From assembly GCA_964503995.1 (NCBI GenBank), contig CAZDCR010000002.1, positions 1 through 59,343 on the forward strand: a stretch of DNA of 59,343 nt. The letters run 5' to 3'. A model generated the notes under the pieces. It ran no database searches. It was not told where the DNA came from and saw nothing but the letters and a program-made list of their open reading frames with translations. Made by a program: the position numbers and the translations under genes. Source of the stretch: an uncultured Segnochrobactrum sp. GTDB lineage: Bacteria > Pseudomonadota > Alphaproteobacteria > Rhizobiales > Segnochrobactraceae. This document shows, piece after piece, positions 55,997 to 59,343 of the stretch (the first letter of the stretch is position 1; each line of letters begins with the position of its first letter).

Positions 55997-56052
55997 TGCC
56001 TTGATCGTGGGCAGACAGAGGGTCGCGGGCCAGGATGCCGCCAATTTGGGCA
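55997..56052. promoter_or_regulatory. Two tandem NtrC-like 17-bp boxes upstream of the ATP-grasp operon
   Basis: TGCCT-TGATCGT-GGGCA (55997-56013) and TGCCG-CCAATTT-GGGCA (56036-56052). Confidence 0.5.
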
Positions 56053-56120
56053 CGCTCCGGGACGGCCTGCTTTCCGGGCGGTCGGCCCGGGAGCCCGTCG
56101 GCAGCCCCGGCCGCAGCACC

Positions 56121-56864
56121 TCAGATCAGCTGCAACCCCTTCAGCGAGGCGTGGCCGTCACGGCCGACGATGATGTGGTCGTGCAGGACGATGCCGAGCG
56201 GCTTCGCCACCTCGGCGATGTGGCGCGTCATGTCGATGTCCGCGCGCGACGGCGTCGGATCGCCCGACGGGTGGTTGTGGACGAGGATGAGCGCGGTCGC
56301 CGAGAGTTCCAGCGCCCGCTTCACCACCTCGCGTGGATAGACCGGGGTGTGGTCGACGGTGCCGGTCTGCTGGAGTTCGTCGGCAATCAGCGCGTTCTTC
56401 TTGTCGAGGAAGAGAATGCGGAACTGCTCGCGCTCGGCGAACGCCATGGCGGCGCGGCAGTACTCGATCACCTGGCTCCACGAGCCGAGAACCTGCTTGC
56501 CGCGGACGCGGCCGCGCGTCAGCCGCTGGGCGGCGGCGAGCACCGTCTTGAGGTCGAGCGCCACCGCCGGGCCGACGCCCTCCACTTCAGCCAGATGCGC
56601 CTCTGGCGCGCCGAGCACCTCGCCGAACGAGCCGAAGCGGGCGATCAGCCGCTTCGCCACCGGCTTGGTGTCGCGGCGCGGGATGGCGCGGAACAGGATC
56701 AGTTCCAGGAGCTCGTAGTCGGCGAGCGATTCGGCGCCGGCGCTGCGGAAGCGCGCCCGGAGCCGGGCGCGGTGACCATCGAGCCCTTCGGCGTCGGACG
56801 GCGCTGCCGCCTTCTGCCCGCGGCGGGCGGGTCGGGCATCCTCGAAACCGTCACCGTCCGCCAT
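56121..56864 (-). CDS. radC: RadC family JAB-domain protein
   Basis: [16 protein letters not shown], Hh[30 protein letters not shown]. Confidence 0.93.
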   Translation of the reverse strand: MADGDGFEDARPARRGQKAAAPSDAEGLDGHRARLRARFRSAGAESLADYELLELILFRAIPRRDTKPVAKRLIARFGSFGEVLGAPEAHLAEVEGVGPAVALDLKTVLAAAQRLTRGRVRGKQVLGSWSQVIEYCRAAMAFAEREQFRILFLDKKNALIADELQQTGTVDHTPVYPREVVKRALELSATALILVHNHPSGDPTPSRADIDMTRHIAEVAKPLGIVLHDHIIVGRDGHASLKGLQLI

Positions 56865-56891
56865 CGCCGCCCGCCCCCCGAGCGCCGTTCC

Positions 56892-57719
56892 TCAGCCGAC
56901 GGACCGCGGCCGGTCGAGACCGGCAGGCGACAGCGTGAAGATCTCGTGGCCACTCTCCGTCACCCCGACGGTGTGCTCGTACTGCGCCGACAGCGAGCGG
57001 TCCCGCGTCACCGCCGTCCACCCGTCCGAGAGGATTTTCACGTGCGGGCGCCCGAGGTTCACCATCGGCTCGACGGTGAAGATCATGCCTGGCCGGAGTT
57101 CGATCCCCTCGCCGGGACGGCCGTAGTGCAGGATGTTCGGGGTGTCGTGGAACAGCCGGCCGACGCCGTGGCCGCAGAAATCGCGCACCACCGAGCAGCG
57201 CTCGGCCTCGACATAGGTCTGGATGGCGGCGCCGATGTCGCCGGTGGTGGCGCCCGGGCGGATGACGGCGATGCCGCGCATCATCGATTCGTAGGTGACC
57301 TCGAGCAGTCGCTCGGCCGCCCGCCGCAGCACCCCGACACCGTACATCCGGCTCGAATCGCCGTGCCAGCCGTCGAGGATGAAGGTGACGTCGATGTTGA
57401 CGATGTCGCCGTCGCGCAGCGGCTTGTCGTTCGGGATGCCGTGGCAGACGACGTGGTTGATCGAGGTGCAGGTCGACTTGCGGTAGCCGCGATAGTGCAG
57501 CGTCGCCGGCAGGGCGCCGTGCGAGACGCCGAACTCGTAGACGAAGGCGTCGATCTCGTCCGTCGTCACGCCCGGCTGCACGAGCGGCGTCAGCGCGTCC
57601 AGGCACTCGGCGGCGAGCCGGCCGGCGCGATGCATGCCGACGAAGGCGTCGCGGCCGTAGAGCCGGACGTGACCGGTGTTCTTCAGCGGCGCCGTCGCCG
57701 CGTCCACGTAGGTGACCAT
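56892..57719 (-). CDS. map: Methionine aminopeptidase type I
   Basis: SINHVVCHGIP, NIDVT, HGDSS, CGHGVG, FTVEPM, SAQYEHT. Confidence 0.96.
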   Translation of the reverse strand: MVTYVDAATAPLKNTGHVRLYGRDAFVGMHRAGRLAAECLDALTPLVQPGVTTDEIDAFVYEFGVSHGALPATLHYRGYRKSTCTSINHVVCHGIPNDKPLRDGDIVNIDVTFILDGWHGDSSRMYGVGVLRRAAERLLEVTYESMMRGIAVIRPGATTGDIGAAIQTYVEAERCSVVRDFCGHGVGRLFHDTPNILHYGRPGEGIELRPGMIFTVEPMVNLGRPHVKILSDGWTAVTRDRSLSAQYEHTVGVTESGHEIFTLSPAGLDRPRSVG

Positions 57720-57845
57720 GCGTTCTTCCTCGTCGCCGCGCACCCGCCCGCAGCGTTTCGTTCCATCGTCATATAGACCCGATCGTCGCCACTTGCAGCG
57801 CCGATCGCAACCGCCGGTCTTCCCGCGCGCGGCCGGGAGCCGTCT

Positions 57846-58550
57846 TCAGTCGACGAGCGCAACACGGCGCTCGACGCCGATGCCGTCCGTCGTCACCCGG
57901 CAGGCATAGGCGATCACCTCCACCCCGGCCCGCCGGGCCTCGGCGAAGCCCTTCGCATAGGCCGGATCGAGATCGGCGGCGATGGCGACGCGGTCGCAGT
58001 CGCCACGCTGCACGACGAAGGCCATCACCGCACGCCCGCCACCGGCGGCGACATCAGCGAGCTCGGCGAGATGGCGGGCGCCGCGCGCCGTCACGCTGTC
58101 GGGAAACTCCGCCAGTCCCGGACGCCGCATCAGGTGGACGTTCTTGATCTCGACATAGGCCGGCGGCCGATCGGGGCTCTCCAGCACGATGTCGACACGG
58201 CTTGCCCGCCCATACGGCACCTCGCGACGCAGCCGGACATAGCCTGCGAGCTCCGGCACCGTGCCGGCGAGGATGGCGGCGGCGAACAGCGCGTTCGGCC
58301 GGTTGGTGTTGATGCCGACGAGCGTTCCGTCCGCCTCGACGATCTCGAGCGTCATCGGCAGCTTGCGCGTGCGGCTGTCGGAGACGGAGACGAAGGCCCG
58401 CGCCCCCGCCGTGTCGAGGCCGAGCATGGCGCCGGGGTTCGGGCAGTGCACCACCTCGACGCTGCCGTCAGGAAAGGCGACGTCGGCGAGAAAGCGCTTG
58501 TAGCGGCGGAGGAGACGCCCCTCCCGCAGCGGAACCGTGAACGGAATCAA
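57846..58550 (-). CDS. sfsA: DNA/RNA nuclease SfsA
   Basis: RRYKRFLADV, HCPNPGAM, YVEIKNV, FPDSVTARG.RHL.EL, GVEV. Confidence 0.94.
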   Translation of the reverse strand: MIPFTVPLREGRLLRRYKRFLADVAFPDGSVEVVHCPNPGAMLGLDTAGARAFVSVSDSRTRKLPMTLEIVEADGTLVGINTNRPNALFAAAILAGTVPELAGYVRLRREVPYGRASRVDIVLESPDRPPAYVEIKNVHLMRRPGLAEFPDSVTARGARHLAELADVAAGGGRAVMAFVVQRGDCDRVAIAADLDPAYAKGFAEARRAGVEVIAYACRVTTDGIGVERRVALVD

Positions 58551-59343
58551 GGCGCGAGCCGGCAGGCGAGAGGACCGGGCACCACGGTGCAGGTGGCGAG
58601 CAGCGCCGCGGTTTCGTCGAGCACCCGGCCGGTCCAGCCGTCAGTGGTGCGCTCCATCACCATGAAGCCGAATTCGTGGATCTCCAGCCCGTCGGCAATG
58701 GTGCGTCCGGCCGCCTGCATGCCGGACAGGTCGCTCGGTGTCGGACGCTCCAGCATCGTGCCGCTGTTGCCGACAACGAGCTGGCCCGGCCCGCCATTGG
58801 TGAAGGTCAGGCTCTCGAACAGGTGGATGTGGCCGGAGATCGCGACCTGCAGGGCGCGCGGCAGGCTGTCGCCGGCCGCCGCCGCATAGGTCTGGCTGGA
58901 GCCGTAGACACGGTCGTGGGCGCCGCGGGTGATCGCCCAGGCCGGCTTGTGGGTGAGCAGCATCGTCGGCGTCGTCTCGGCTGCGGTGCCGATCGCCACG
59001 AGTTCCTGGCGCAGCATCGCCGCCATCGCCGGGTCGACGCGGGCGTCGGGCGGGAACGAGGTGTCCAGCACGGCGAAGCTCTGGCCGTCGATCGCGACCC
59101 AGTAGGTCGGGTCCTTCTGCGGGCACGGCATGTCGGGGTCGAAGGCGTCCGGCGACAGGTGACGGCTGTAGCCGACGCCGGCGCGGCTGCAGATCTCGTG
59201 GTTGCCGCGCACGACGATCATCGGCGCGGCGGCGAGGAGGGCTGCGGCCGGCGTGAAGAAGTCCGCCGCCCAGGTGGGAAAATTGTCGCCGGACGGCGTG
59301 CCGGCGCAGCCGGGCTGGATCAGCGTCGGGCACGGCTTCTCCC
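58547..59343 (-). CDS. Metallophosphoesterase (calcineurin-like), 5'-truncated by the window edge
   Basis: W.ADFF, RGNHE, THKP, SGHIH, GNSG; the frame stays open to the end of the window; stop overlaps the sfsA start. Confidence 0.85.
   Translation of the reverse strand, partial: EKPCPTLIQPGCAGTPSGDNFPTWAADFFTPAAALLAAAPMIVVRGNHEICSRAGVGYSRHLSPDAFDPDMPCPQKDPTYWVAIDGQSFAVLDTSFPPDARVDPAMAAMLRQELVAIGTAAETTPTMLLTHKPAWAITRGAHDRVYGSSQTYAAAAGDSLPRALQVAISGHIHLFESLTFTNGGPGQLVVGNSGTMLERPTPSDLSGMQAAGRTIADGLEIHEFGFMVMERTTDGWTGRVLDETAALLATCTVVPGPLACRLAP

Noticed and set aside
55960-56040. sigma54 promoter for the ATP-grasp operon
   Set aside because: The candidate GGCA...TTGC has 12 rather than 10 nt between GG and GC; no correctly spaced -24/-12 element was found.
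56121-56864. radC as a marker of a mobile element
   Set aside because: Full-length chromosomal type with an N-terminal HhH region, in its usual position next to map.
52565-57795. Identical 14-mer ATCGTCGCCACTTG upstream of both the BBE oxidase (52565-52578) and map (57782-57795)
   Set aside because: A 13/14 match also occurs inside the antiporter CDS (~32437), and 14-mer repeats are expected by chance in 59 kb of high-GC DNA; the two genes have no functional link.

Overview
High-GC (roughly 70%) chromosomal window from an alphaproteobacterium. The gene content and order (eipB-ridA-GDPD-DUF482-HIT-azlCD-clpA-clpS-phasin-DD-carboxypeptidase; sfsA-map-radC) point to Hyphomicrobiales. It contains three tRNAs (Val-CAC partial, Val-GAC, Thr-TGT) and about 50 CDS. 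I found no integrase, transposase, phage gene or CRISPR array. The main candidate for an undescribed system is an 11-kb LysR-controlled catabolic locus (10.2-21.1 kb). It pairs a betaine-type ABC importer with a Rieske N-demethylase-like oxygenase, a PLP Cys/Met gamma-lyase, an OoxA/OoxB (HcnB/HcnC)-like flavoprotein pair and a monomeric sarcosine-oxidase-like enzyme; the usual reductase and ferredoxin partners are absent. This suggests breakdown of an N-methylated sulfur- or gamma-substituted amino acid. Other notable items: two unannotated sRNA candidates (one behind a textbook EcfG promoter), an EcfG-driven proline-rich microprotein, a putative terC leader RNA, a 257-bp inverted-repeat element with a minisatellite core, a ~40%-GC orphan membrane-peptide islet, and an ATP-grasp/alpha-E/transglutaminase operon with tandem NtrC-like boxes but no Anbu peptidase. 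All protein calls come from reading motifs by eye; no database searches were run. Start codons were adjusted from the ORF track using RBS position and N-terminal plausibility.
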